64,000 nt of DNA from Octopus bimaculoides. Its lineage: Eukaryota. The notes beneath the pieces are model-generated. The model saw only the letters and a program-made list of their open reading frames with translations, had not been told where the DNA came from and did not search any database. Position numbers and translations under genes: made by a program. The DNA is taken from positions 62,951,641-63,015,640 of the forward strand of contig NC_068992.1 in assembly GCF_001194135.2 (NCBI RefSeq). The letters run 5' to 3'. Below are positions 52,553 through 64,000 of this stretch, piece by piece. The number at the start of each line of letters is the position of its first letter. The stretch's first letter is position 1.

Positions 52553-54110
52553 CAAACACACACACACACACACACACGTATCTGGTTTTGTATATGGCTG
52601 TGGAATTTTGGAATTCTACAGAAATATAGTTTTTGCAACAAGACAATTAATTATTCAACCTCATTCACTTGCCGAAGCGTTCTTGGTATTCCTGTTCCTC
52701 GTAGTCTACCTTCAGTTATCTGTATATATATCTATGCTGGAATGCTAACTTCACTCATATCAAGTTCACCCTAACGTGAAAACGAAGTAAAGAATTCATG
52801 TAAAGTAGGGCACCTGGTGTGAGGGCTTTTGTTGTCATGTTTTTGTGCCAAAATATCCGAGACAGCATCCAAAAATAGGCCACCAACTCATTCGTACAGA
52901 GCATTTTTTTTTTCAAGCAAATTCCTGTCTCTGATCTTCTGTTTCTGTATCTTCTCACTCTGCTTTATTATACGTTTCTATGTTGGTCGATGCTTTTAAG
53001 AGCTAGCTGGTCTTGTCCTGTTTCTCTAAAGTTCCATACGGTTCACTCTTTTCGTTTCGTATCTCATTTTCGTTTCGTTTATGCAAATTAGCAAAGGCAT
53101 GTGTCCAGTAATTTTTGCATGTGTCTGTTGTCAGCAGGAGGTAGGTTGACGTGTATCCACAGTTGACCAGTTGCCCTCTTGTTTTCCGATTGTCTTTTCC
53201 TCAATGGCATGTCACTTTTACAGGATTATGGATATCTTAAGATTGCCTTCCCTTTTCATTGCCACTAAGAGAGATCATATTTGTTTGTGCGTTATTTTAT
53301 ATACCTTTATAAGCCTTCATATTAACATGATTATAAATATTTATATATATACATATGTATATATCAAAGGAATGTGCTATAATACTATTCCACATATACA
53401 AAAACAGCCATACCAACAATTCAACATACCTCCATCATCAGCTGCCCCACGGATATCATTATGGTTTCGATACCTGGGCAGTACTATTTAATCCGGTGGT
53501 GTCAACAACACTAAAATAAGTGTTGTTTGGGAACAAAGATACCTAAGAAACCACAACTTTGAAATACATTTACTTTATGTACAGCCGTATCGGTAAATAA
53601 ATTCAATAAGTAAATTACAACCAACTCCTAAATACATAACTAAACAGCGACCAATTCAAGTCATACAAAAGTTATAATCCCTACCGTTTTCGATAGTATA
53701 ATATAAAAGTGAAAGCTTAATAACCACATTCATTCAATCAATCCATTTATAGGCGGTCTTCCATAGTTACTACTATAATAAAAGTTAAAGCTTTATACAA
53801 ATCTCTCCAAAACAAAACAAACACGATTGAAATTATTTAGAAACTAATAAAAGTACTTGTAATTAACTATTATTATAAAACCTCGCTATGTTTAAAGCTA
53901 ATTAAAACTAATTAAAACTATTTAAAAGATAATATAACTACAAGTATTAACACTTACGAGTTTTATAAGACACGCGGTTCCATCACCAAGAATTTGAAGG
54001 ATCGACTTAAATATTGATGACGTAGTGCGTAATTACTACTTCCTCAATTGTCTCAAACAATATTGGTGACGTAGTAAGCAAATAACTCGAATCGTAAACC
54101 TTCCAAATCC

Positions 54111-54645
54111 TTACAAATATTTGCTAAGTTGAAGACTAGATATTACGCAATATTTATTTAAAATTTCAAGTTTCCCACCCAAACAGCGAGTAAACGTTTT
54201 AAACAATTTACCATATTTATAACCTTGTTTTACTAAATCTCTTAACAGTCTATTTATTCTTTCCAAAGATTTATTAGCATTATTAATAATAGAACTATAT
54301 CTAACAATTTCCCCTGAAAAAACACCCTAACCAATAAAAGAAGGAATTTTACTACTGAACCATGGCATCGAAGCCACAGGGAAACCAAGATCTTCTGTTT
54401 TATAATAAATGTCAGTAAATATTTCATTATTATCCTTAATTACTAGATTGACATCTAAATAATTAATATCACTTATTTCTGGTGGCCTTATGCTCACTAG
54501 GGTATACTTTCCTGAGTAAAAATTCAAAGAAACCATAATTAGGCATAAATATATCATCGATGTATCTGCAGCATCCTTCAACTTGTTTAAGCAAGCTCAT
54601 CTTTTTCCTAGCACATAGGTCTTTAAGAAAAAGGAACTCGCATGA
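54111..54645 (-). mobile_element. Penelope-like element reverse transcriptase C-terminal fragment (pseudogenised), no downstream GIY-YIG; Naiad-like or EN-minus architecture
   Basis: CEFLFLKDL..GCCRYIDDIFMPNYGFFEFLLRKVYPSE / frameshift / INYLDVNL..TDIYYKTEDLGFPVASMPWFSSKIPSFIG*GVFSGEIVRYS..RLLRDLVKQGYKYGKL..SKYL*. Matches PLE RT motifs YIDD, IYP.EL, FLD, YDK.DDF.F....P...S.IP, YGVF.SQ..RY. One frameshift and one TAG. Confidence 0.85.
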
Positions 54646-55105
54646 CGACAGCGATGATGGTGAGAAAGTGGAAGAGGAGGGGTACGAGCAGGATATTGAA
54701 GACGTATCTAGTAATCTAGACTTAAACAACATCCGACCTAAACATGAGAAAAAACCCGAAATAGACGCGTAATTTGAGACCAGCTGGAGCCGCAAGTACC
54801 TTCAATGTTTTCAAAACACTTCTCTTCAATTACTTCGTCTCTGCCTCTGATGTTCCTCACCACCACCTCCACCAACCGCGATCTCTACAGCCCTTTAAAC
54901 AGACCACCCGTATAAACAGTGTTCTTTTTGCTACCCAGCTAACAAACGCGGTAGCACACCTGGCGTAATAGGACTTTTTACAACAGTGTAAACACGTAAG
55001 ACGCCTCTTAACGCCCACGTTCTGTTTCCTTGTCTCAAAGTTGTATGTATGCATTTATGTATGTATATACGTATTTATGTGTGTGTATATATATTATATA
55101 TATAT

Positions 55106-55107
<2 letters not shown>

Positions 55108-55198
<91 letters not shown>
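55108..55198. repeat. (GT)n microsatellite
   Basis: Directly visible; comparable tracts at 8867-8925, 26375-26440, 43225-43300, 56300-56385 and 61510-61632. Confidence 0.98.
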
Positions 55199-55201
<3 letters not shown>

Positions 55202-55809
55202 TGCGTGTGTTTATAAAGTAGTAAAAATGAGAGACAGAGAGAGGCAGAAAAAAGGAAAATGTCCCTTGCATTTGAAAACTATCAGTTGATCGCTGAGGTC
55301 GATGTAATTGTTTTACTCCTGCCCGTGACCTGGATAGCCCTTTGTCAAAATTTGAAATCAGTATAACAATCACCAGAATGAAGGGGCCAAAGACAGGCAC
55401 TTTCCTCTTTGGCCAAGCCTTCATCAACGTTTTCAAGTTTCACGTGAAAAGAAAAATGAAAGTGGAGAGATTGTTAGTGTTCTGCCCCGACCGCCAGCAA
55501 TTTTGTTAAAAGGTAGGTGAAATTTGCAAGACTGGCCCGAGCGAATGGGCCCAGTCTAAGCATGCGCCTGGAAACAAATTGTTTCTTACCCAGGTGATGA
55601 AGACTGTCCTGGAATTGTAGGATTTCTAGGAACAGTTCCAAGAAGTCTCCCTCTTTTGGAGAATTTCTTTGTTATAATGCCTTGCTTTCATTCTTTACAC
55701 CACTTTCGTGTAACACCACATTCTATTTGTCCCGTGCCGTCGACTATGTTTTCTTAGTGTAAACCCTTAGTGGTTAATAAAGAAATAATAATTATTATTA
55801 TTATTTTCT

Positions 55810-56100
55810 TTTACACAAGTTTTGTTGCTACTCCTGGAGTCTTGCATGCGTAGCGGTTTACTACCTACAGCCTACGGGACCGTGATATTCGTTCTTTTAA
55901 GCTATTTAATACTTTCCTGGTTATTGTGGCCGTGCCATGGAGGCAAACCTTTTGTAACAGTTCTACTGGGCACTCTATTCCAATTTCCTTTATACTCCTC
56001 TTGATGCCTTTTAATACTGTCCCCAAGGACCCAACAATAATTGGCACTATCTTCACCTTCTTCATTTTCCATAGCCGGGCAATTTCGTACTTAAGAGTGC
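55810..56100 (-). mobile_element. RLE-type non-LTR retrotransposon extreme 3' fragment
   Basis: YEIARLWKMKKVKIVPIIVGSLGTVLKGIK..ELLQKVCLHGTATITRKVLN, the typical RLE-LINE C-terminus; followed by (AAT)n. Confidence 0.85.
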
Positions 56101-56204
56101 TGTATCTATCTATCTATCTATCTTTTCGCCTTCCTCATTGACTATTCGTGGGTCAAAGGATCATGCAATATCAACTATATAGTATATTATTATTATCATT
56201 ATTA

Positions 56205-56235
<31 letters not shown>

Positions 56236-56308
56236 GGCCTATTGAGTTTTATCTGATCGGACATTGTTCGGACGTAAAATAATACATGCATGATTTGTGT
56301 GTGTGTGT

Positions 56309-56387
<79 letters not shown>

Positions 56388-56919
56388 TTCTTCCCTTCTT
56401 TTTTTTAATACCTTAATGAGAATGGTTGCTGAAATAACCTTCACTGACTCGGTACTGAGAAAAACTTGTTATATCATTGATGCACAATCTTTATGATTTC
56501 TTTCCGTTTTCTTATTATTTTAACGGCTAATTCAGAAATATTTGACTACTATTTCTAGCATACTTCCTCGTTGGCTCGCGGATATTTGTAATTATGTAGT
56601 CTTGTGCCAAACTTAGAAACTAATATCAAATATTCTGTTTAATAATGGTGGTCAGCTTCCTCTACTGTTTCCTTTCTCGTCGTACTTTCGTCTTTATTAA
56701 TTCGTGTTTTGACCACAAGCTTGGTTGTAATCCGACGGCAAAATGATCAAACATGGCTACTGCTACCTCTATTATGTTTATCAAGACCAGCCAGCAAGCC
56801 AGCCAGCCAGCCAGCCAGCCAGATATGCTTGTTCGAAGCCACACTCGAACAAACAACAAACAATCAACAGCTTGAACGCCAAAATCAACCACACAAACAT
56901 CAGAAGTATAAGTTTTGAC

Positions 56920-56933
56920 TATGATGATGATGG

Positions 56934-56977
<44 letters not shown>

Positions 56978-57096
56978 CGACGATGACGACGACGTCGACG
57001 AAGAAGAAGAAGAAGAAGAAGAAGAAGAAGAAGAAGAAGAAGAAGAAGAAGAAGAAGAAGAAGGATTTATGGAGGCGCAGAAATAAAAGGAGTAAA

Positions 57097-57150
<54 letters not shown>
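56920..57150. repeat. Compound (GAT)n-(GAC)n-(AAG)n-(AAT)n microsatellite
   Basis: Directly visible. Confidence 0.97.
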
Positions 57151-57151
<1 letters not shown>

Positions 57152-57370
57152 GTTAGCAGAGAAGGAATATGGTATAAATACAAACAACCCTAAAGGAAGT
57201 TGGCATCTAATTAGAAAAGAAGTGAAATTAACAGAACAACAGTTTCGACTGGGTTTTACGATTTATATTGGATAATATTGAATGTTGAAGTAAATTAATT
57301 TTTGGTGGGTGCCTTCTCCATTGTTTCACTTACATCCCACCATTTATTTCTTCTTCTTCCCTATCTCACT

Positions 57371-57429
<59 letters not shown>

Positions 57430-57675
57430 TTCTCTTATGAAGACGCACTAAGCTCGGCAACACACACACAGACATTTTGCTCAAGCATATATTACCATAC
57501 ACACATGGATGCATCTACACACAATCTCTCCTTCTGTTCTCAAGGATTTTCCTATTCTCGCTTTCTCTTTCTTTCTCTCTCTTTCTCTTTGTGTTTCTCT
57601 TTCTCACTTTCACTGACTACCTCTCTCTTCTGTATGGGCATGCATATACATCGAAATGTAAACACACACACACAC

Positions 57676-57713
<38 letters not shown>

Positions 57714-58244
57714 TGTATATATGTATGTATGCATACATTGGCTCACAAATTCTTTCTCGCTTTCTGCCTTTCGCACAAATTCAAACACACAGATATGCAT
57801 ATATATGCATACATTCGCATACAATCATATACTCATACTAGCATGATCAACGTTAACATACATACAAACAAATATACATACATACACACATACATACATA
57901 CGCCTAAACTTTTGAAGTGTATATTGTAGAATAAGTGAAAGAGAAAGAGAGTGTGTGGGTGTGTGGTTAAAAAGGAGGGGGTTGGAGTAAGATAAAATGA
58001 TCAGAAAAGTTGTGTGAGATTTAGAGAGAGAGGGGGAGTAGTGATTAGAAGAAGAAGAAGAAGAAGAAGAAGAAGAAGAAGAAGAAGAAGAAGAAGAAGA
58101 AGAAGAAGAAGAAGAAGAAGAAGAGGATTTAGTGAGAGGGAGAGAAAGGAAAGAATTGAAGAATTCTGAAGAAATGTCAAATTCTTATGGAATAAAATAA
58201 AATTTCAAATTATAAACAAGAGCAGCGTTGGTGACATTTCTTTT

Positions 58245-58712
58245 TCTTTCGTTTGTTTCAGTCATTTGACTGCGGCCATGCTGGGGCACAGCCTTTAGTC
58301 GAGCAAATCGACCCCAGGATTTATTTTTTTGTAAGTCTAGTATGTTCTCTTTGTGTCTCTTTTTCTCACTTTCACCGACTACCTCTCTCTTCTGTATTGG
58401 CATGCATATACATCGAAATGTAAACACACACACACATTATATATATGTATGTATCGGTCTTTTTTCCCGAACTGCTAAGTTACGGGGGTCGTAAACACTC
58501 CAACATCGGTTGTCAAGCGATGTTGGGGGGGACAAACTCAAGCATATATATACGACGGGCTTCTTTCAGTTTCCGTCAACAAAATCTACTCACAAGGCTT
58601 TAGTCGGCCCTAGGCTATAGTAGAAGACACTTGCACAAAGTGCCACGCAATGGGACTGAACCCGGAACCATGTGGTTTATAAGCAAGCTACTTACCACAC
58701 AGCCACTCCTCC
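58245..58712 (-). mobile_element. SINE family A, full length, with a 110-bp locally templated insertion
   Basis: Complete reverse-complement A copy; 58345-58454 matches 57583-57694 and interrupts it between ctagta and tatcggtc. Confidence 0.85.
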
Positions 58713-58850
58713 GCCAATTGGTGATATCTCACAATAATATGAAATAGTTTTAAATTATCTCCAGCAAAATTCTTATATAATATGCAGTCATTTCATTTCT
58801 TTTGCTTTTCTTTTAAACTAATCAAGATGGAAATTTAAAGCAATAAAACA

Positions 58851-59101
58851 AAGTTGACAACTGCGGGACTTGAACTCAAAACGTAAAGATTCGGAACCAA
58901 CGCCGCTACTCATTTTGTCCGGCATGCTAACGATACTGCCAAATCGCCACTTTTAGTATATAAATAATAATAATAATTGTTTTAAATCTTTGCCACAAGG
59001 GCAACTCGAGGGAGAGGATTAAGTCGATTGCATCGACCCCAGTGCGTAGCTGGTACTTATTTAATCGACCCCGAAAGGATGAAAGGCAAAGTCGACCTCG
59101 G
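58851..59101 (-). mobile_element. Two partial family-B SINE copies in tandem
   Basis: Head half at 58851-58949 and tail half at 58985-59101. Confidence 0.7.
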
Positions 59102-59269
59102 CTTATTGGGTCTTGCGTAATGCATTCGACGACTGGATCTGACATACTCTGCGAGGCAAAAATTTGTTTCATCATAGGGGATGGAGATTGCGGCAAGGCA
59201 TTGTAGTGTGCAGAGAGCAAGTTAAGGTAAGTCAGATATTATCGACTGTATCTTTCTGCATACACGACG

Positions 59270-59390
59270 GGCTTCCGCACAGTTTCCGTCAACCGAATTG
59301 ATTCACAAACCATTAGTCGATCCGGAGCTATTGTAAATATCTTACGGAACCAAATGGTTGCGAAGCGAGCTTCGTAAACACACAGTAATA
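59270..59390 (-). mobile_element. SINE family A, 5' half, decayed
   Basis: acgacgggcttcc..cagtttccgtc..attcacaaac..ttagtcg..gctat..ggaaccaaatggttgcgaagc. Confidence 0.65.
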
Positions 59391-59404
59391 CCTGCTCCTA
59401 ACAC

Positions 59405-59445
59405 TGTCGGACATGTTTCGGCCTTACTGGACGTCTTCAGTGAAC
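59405..59445 (-). ncRNA. Degenerate minimal type-I hammerhead ribozyme-like motif
   Basis: Minus strand reads gttca-CTGAAGA-c-gtcc-agtaa-ggcc-GAAA-catgt-c-cgaca: intact core, palindromic ACAUGU helix III, GUC site; helix II has 1 mismatch and helix I is poorly paired. Confidence 0.45.
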
Positions 59446-60817
59446 TATAGCCATTTTAATGGTTGCTCAAATCGCAATCTACTTACGACATAGTAGGATT
59501 ATTTGTTTGTTTGTTTTTATATATTCGTGATGACTTTAACTCACTAAATAAATTAAAATAGCCAAAATGGAAAATATCCATTAATTAAGTTCCATTAATT
59601 GAAAACAAAAATTCATTACTCCTACTTCTCCTTAGGGTCATAATTTTAATTTATTGAAAAATTTTTCGATTCAATGCATTAAGTATACAAGCTTGCATTT
59701 AACTGTGTATTGATCATGCAGAGAGCACCCTTGGGAAATGTTCTATTCAACATTATTTTAATGTCCTTAATCTATGAATGTCCTTCACATACACATAAAA
59801 AAATCTATTTATGCTCGTTGTTTTGAGATGGTAGCAACCATTGACTGGACTGTTTCGCTGCTGAGGTTTAATAATGTCAAAACCTGTCTAGAGTTCTCAC
59901 AGTAGTTGCCAAAGATCAGTTCCATTCACACTGTTCTTGGTATATATATCTTTAGCGTATTAGTTTTCCCCCGGATGAAATTGCAGGAATGTTCTCTCTT
60001 GTTTCTTCTGATAATAATTTTCAGTAACGCTGATAACCTCTCATATCTTTTTATCATTGTCTTCTTGTCAAGGTTATCTTTTGATGTTTCTTCTTTCAGT
60101 CATTGCGTTGTGGTAATACTGAGGCAACATTCTTAAATTATATTATTTAAAAACTGGTTTGAGTTCGTCAGCAATTTGTTTCTTTTCTTTTTATGTGGTG
60201 GGCAGCATACAGATAACTCGAAATTATGAACCGCAGAGTTAATCTCTGCCACTGCGTCTACAGACGACAACATAGAAGATACAATTTCTACATAGACGAT
60301 AGAATACTTGATTATATCTGCCTTCTTATGTTCAACATTCAACGCGCAAAAGCAATTAACTCTAGCCCCCCAAAAAGTAAAGAAACTGGAAGGTAAACAA
60401 GCAATATGAAGGAGAAAACGAACGACATTCCATCACCACGGTATCATTCATTTCCTTAACGACAGAACAAGATAGATTTGGTGGGATTTGAACTCAGAGC
60501 AGTTGCAACAAACGGGGTGAAGTAGTCTTGCTGACGAATTAATAAGTTTACTGCCTTGCCGCTTTGTACGGTGGAATAGTATAGCGTTATGTATAAACAG
60601 ATGCTCGTGGGCAGAGCTTATATACGTAAGAGAGAGAGACAGAGAGATAAAGTGAGAGTAAGAGAGAGAGGTGGTGAGAAAGAGAGAGAGTCGATCTAAT
60701 AACACATTGGAGAGGAGATAGTCTTTTAACATATACATCAATATCTGGAGTTTCTTAGAAATATATTTTTAAAATACCTGCAAATGCAAAAGAAATAAAC
60801 ACACACAGCTGTATGTA

Positions 60818-60886
<69 letters not shown>

Positions 60887-60909
60887 NNNNNNNNNNNNNN
60901 NNNNNNNNN

Positions 60910-60955
<46 letters not shown>

Positions 60956-61531
60956 CAACAAGCCTTATTAGAAACAGATGCGCAGTCCCCGACTTCTAAT
61001 GCAGGAAGTTGTTAACGAGCTAAAAACTTGTGTACAGTTTAGTGTATCGGTTGTGTTTCCTCATAATAAATACATTCCCTCTTCATCTCTGCCCCCGTCA
61101 CCGCCTCTCTCTCTCTCTCTCTCACACAGACACGCACTCACATATACTAATTGCAAGTTTATACACATACTTCTCAATTACAAATGCGTGCGGGCATGAG
61201 CGTACAAACACATATATACGTGCACACCCACACGCAAAAGCATATACACATATTATGTACGTGTCGCTATATGTGTGTGTGTGTGTGTATGTGTGTGTGT
61301 GTATGTGTGTGTGTGTGTGTGTGTTTGCGTGCGTACGTGTGTGTCTTGAAAGCTTGTGTAAGTTGCAGCCATTATGCATGATTACTAAGGGAGTATGTGT
61401 CAGTGTTTGCGTAGGTCACATTGTATGTATTGAAAGGATGTATGGATGGATCCGACATTTGCATGATATATGATAAATAGGTAGGTGTGAGCGCATGCAT
61501 GTGTGCGCGTTTGTGTGTGTGTGTGTGTGTG

Positions 61532-61634
<103 letters not shown>

Positions 61635-61681
61635 CTACTTATGCAGACAGTGATGGACAACTGAATGCGCGACAAATGTTC

Positions 61682-61722
<41 letters not shown>

Positions 61723-61794
61723 CAGATAGACAGTCAGACAGATAGATAGATGATAGATAAACACATATATAGTCACATATACATACATACACGC

Positions 61795-61831
<37 letters not shown>

Positions 61832-62394
61832 TATATATACATACACACATACATATATATATACATAAACACAGACATATATAGGTATGTGAGTGTGTGT
61901 GTGTGTGTGTGTGTGCGTTTATGCGTGTGCGTTTATGCGTGTGCGTGTGTGTTAGGTAAATAAATAGAGAAAGGATAAATAAAAGACGCTATCAACCACA
62001 CACACACACACACACACACATACACAGGCATGCGCAGACTCAAACAAACACAGATGTGCAAACATAGAGTCACCCAGAAAGAAAGGTGGAGGACGATGTA
62101 GAGAAGAAGAGCTTCCAATGAGGCGCTCTAAGTATTCCAGCTAAATGGAAAACTTCTTTTACAAACGGTGTATGCATATTCGTATATGGCTGTCTGCACT
62201 CTAAAGCATGGCCAGATGTTTCGACTCTCGTCTCAACTGACAAGACCAACAGACATACGTTAATGATGTCAATGACACACACACACATATGTTCTATCTT
62301 TTATCCTTCACTTGTTTCAGTGATTAGACTGCGCCCGTGCTGGAGCACCACCTTGAGGAAATTGTAGACAAAGGGATCTACACCTGTACTTTTT

Positions 62395-62603
62395 GCGAAC
62401 TGGCCGAGTGGTTAGTGCGCCGGGCTGAATGCTTAGCAACATTTCGTCCGTCTTTACGTTCTGAGTTCAAATTCTGTCGAAGTCGACTGTACCTTTTATC
62501 CTTTCGGCGTTGATAAATTAAAGCACCAGAGAAACACTGGGGTCGGGGTAATCGACTAGTCCCCTCCCCCCAAATTGCAGGCCTTCTGCCTTTAGTAGAA
62601 AGC
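62395..62603 (+). mobile_element. SINE family B, full length
   Basis: gcgaactggcc..gaatgcttagc..gttctgagttcaaattc..tttagtagaaag. Confidence 0.85.
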
Positions 62604-62671
62604 ATTATTATTATTATCATTATCATCGTCATCATTTTCTTTAATATCCAAGTTATCAATATCAGCTTCAT

Positions 62672-62709
<38 letters not shown>

Positions 62710-63164
62710 CCACCATTATAATCGCTATCATTCTTATTATCATTATCGAAGCAGAGATTATTACTTCAGCTGACCCAGTAGTTTCACAATAACAACTGTC
62801 ACTCTGTCACGGGGAATTTAATTGCCTATTTTGTGTGACCAGCGTGAAGATGAAATTATTGGTTACTTCGATAAGAAAGAATATTCACAATCTAGAACAG
62901 ACAGACGGATAGACAGAAAATTAGACGGAGACCGACAGAAACAGGCAGACAGAAATAGACACACTGACAGACAGACAGACAGACAGACAGATAGATAGAA
63001 CATCGCCTGTTTGCCAGTTCCAGAACGCTAAGTTACAGATCCTACCGTTATTTATTCTATATTGCAATATATGTTTAAAATCTTAGATAGCATATGAAAA
63101 TTACCTATCGTGCATTGGGAAAAGTTTGGCAGCTACACACACACGAACACGCACACACACACGA

Positions 63165-63197
<33 letters not shown>

Positions 63198-63260
63198 CAC
63201 ACACACGCCTATTGAGTGAAGTAAAATTTAATTGTTTATCCTAAACAATTTTCAATGTTT

Positions 63261-64000
63261 TTTCTACTCTAGGCACAAGGCCCGAAATTTGGGGGGAGGC
63301 GGCCAGTCGATTAGATCGACTCTAGTACGCAACTGGTATTTAATTCATCAACCCGAAAGGATGAAAGGCAAATTCGACCTCGGTGGAATTTGAACTCAGA
63401 ACGTAAAGACAGACGAAACACCGCTAAGCATTTCACCTGGCGTGATAACGCTTCTGCCAGCTCACCGCCTTAAGCGATTCTAAATGTTGCCTATCAACTG
63501 ATATGGTTCGCCAGATCTGGAATGTATCAGAGTGCCTACAATGCACCCGCCCAGATTTTAAATCCCTATTCCTTTACGCTATGTTACTATTTGTGTATGT
63601 CATAATCCTTTCTACCATATGCGCAAGGCCTGAAATTTGGAGGCAGGGTATAGTTGTTTACATCGATCCCAGTACTCAACTGGTACCTGAAAGAACGAAA
63701 GGCAATGTCGACCTCGGCGGAATTTGAACTCAGAACATGTAGACGGACGAAATGTTGTTAAGCATTTCGCCCGGCGTGCTAACGAGTCTGCCAGCTCATC
63801 GCCCTGTCTATATCATAATCTTTTCTACTAAAGGCACAAGGCCTCAAATTTGGAGGGAAAGGACCAGTCGATTACATCGTTCCAATATATCACTGGTACT
63901 TAATTCAACCCGAAGGCTAAGTTGACCTCGGCGGAATTTGAACACAAAACGTAGCGACGGGCGAAATACCGGCGTACTAACGATTCTTTTCTACGAGGCC
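63261..64000 (-). mobile_element. Three family-B SINE copies in the same orientation (63261-63470, 63606-63803, 63819-end)
   Basis: Each has tttctac..gcacaagg.c.gaaattt..gtcgatt.gatcga..gacctcgg.ggaatttgaac; the third runs off the window and is internally deleted. Confidence 0.85.

Noticed and set aside
59178-59232. 49-nt candidate exon with a perfect GTAAGT donor (GWRLRQGIVVCREQVK)
   Set aside because: The reverse complement resembles the SINE C cactt..ttgctc segment and lies between SINEs; no domain match.

Overview
This is repeat-saturated, AT-rich eukaryotic DNA from a short-read-style assembly with about 22 N-gaps. The SINE families and microsatellite load point to an octopus/coleoid cephalopod genome (inference). 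Almost every ORF in the supplied track is an artefact of microsatellites or N-runs. The one well-supported protein-coding feature is the terminal (M4 + C-tail) exon of a nicotinic acetylcholine receptor subunit at 17624-17800 (+). I could not find its upstream exons in the preceding 17.6 kb, so that stretch is probably mostly intron or hides exons in gaps. The rest comprises four tRNA-head/SINE-like repeat families (here A-D), fragments of restriction-like-endonuclease LINEs sitting in (AAT)n arrays, a Penelope-like RT fragment with no C-terminal endonuclease, a DD37D (maT) transposase relic and hAT-like MITE relics. The most interesting signals are RNA-structural: a minimal type-I hammerhead-like motif on the sense strand of the last nAChR intron (16946-16982) and a second degenerate one at 59405-59445; a 170-nt fold-back palindrome 157 nt upstream of the M4 exon; and a pre-miRNA-sized 115-nt hairpin 2.65 kb downstream of the stop. 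No rRNA, intact tRNA or CRISPR array is supportable. Repeat boundaries are approximate (about +/-15 nt).
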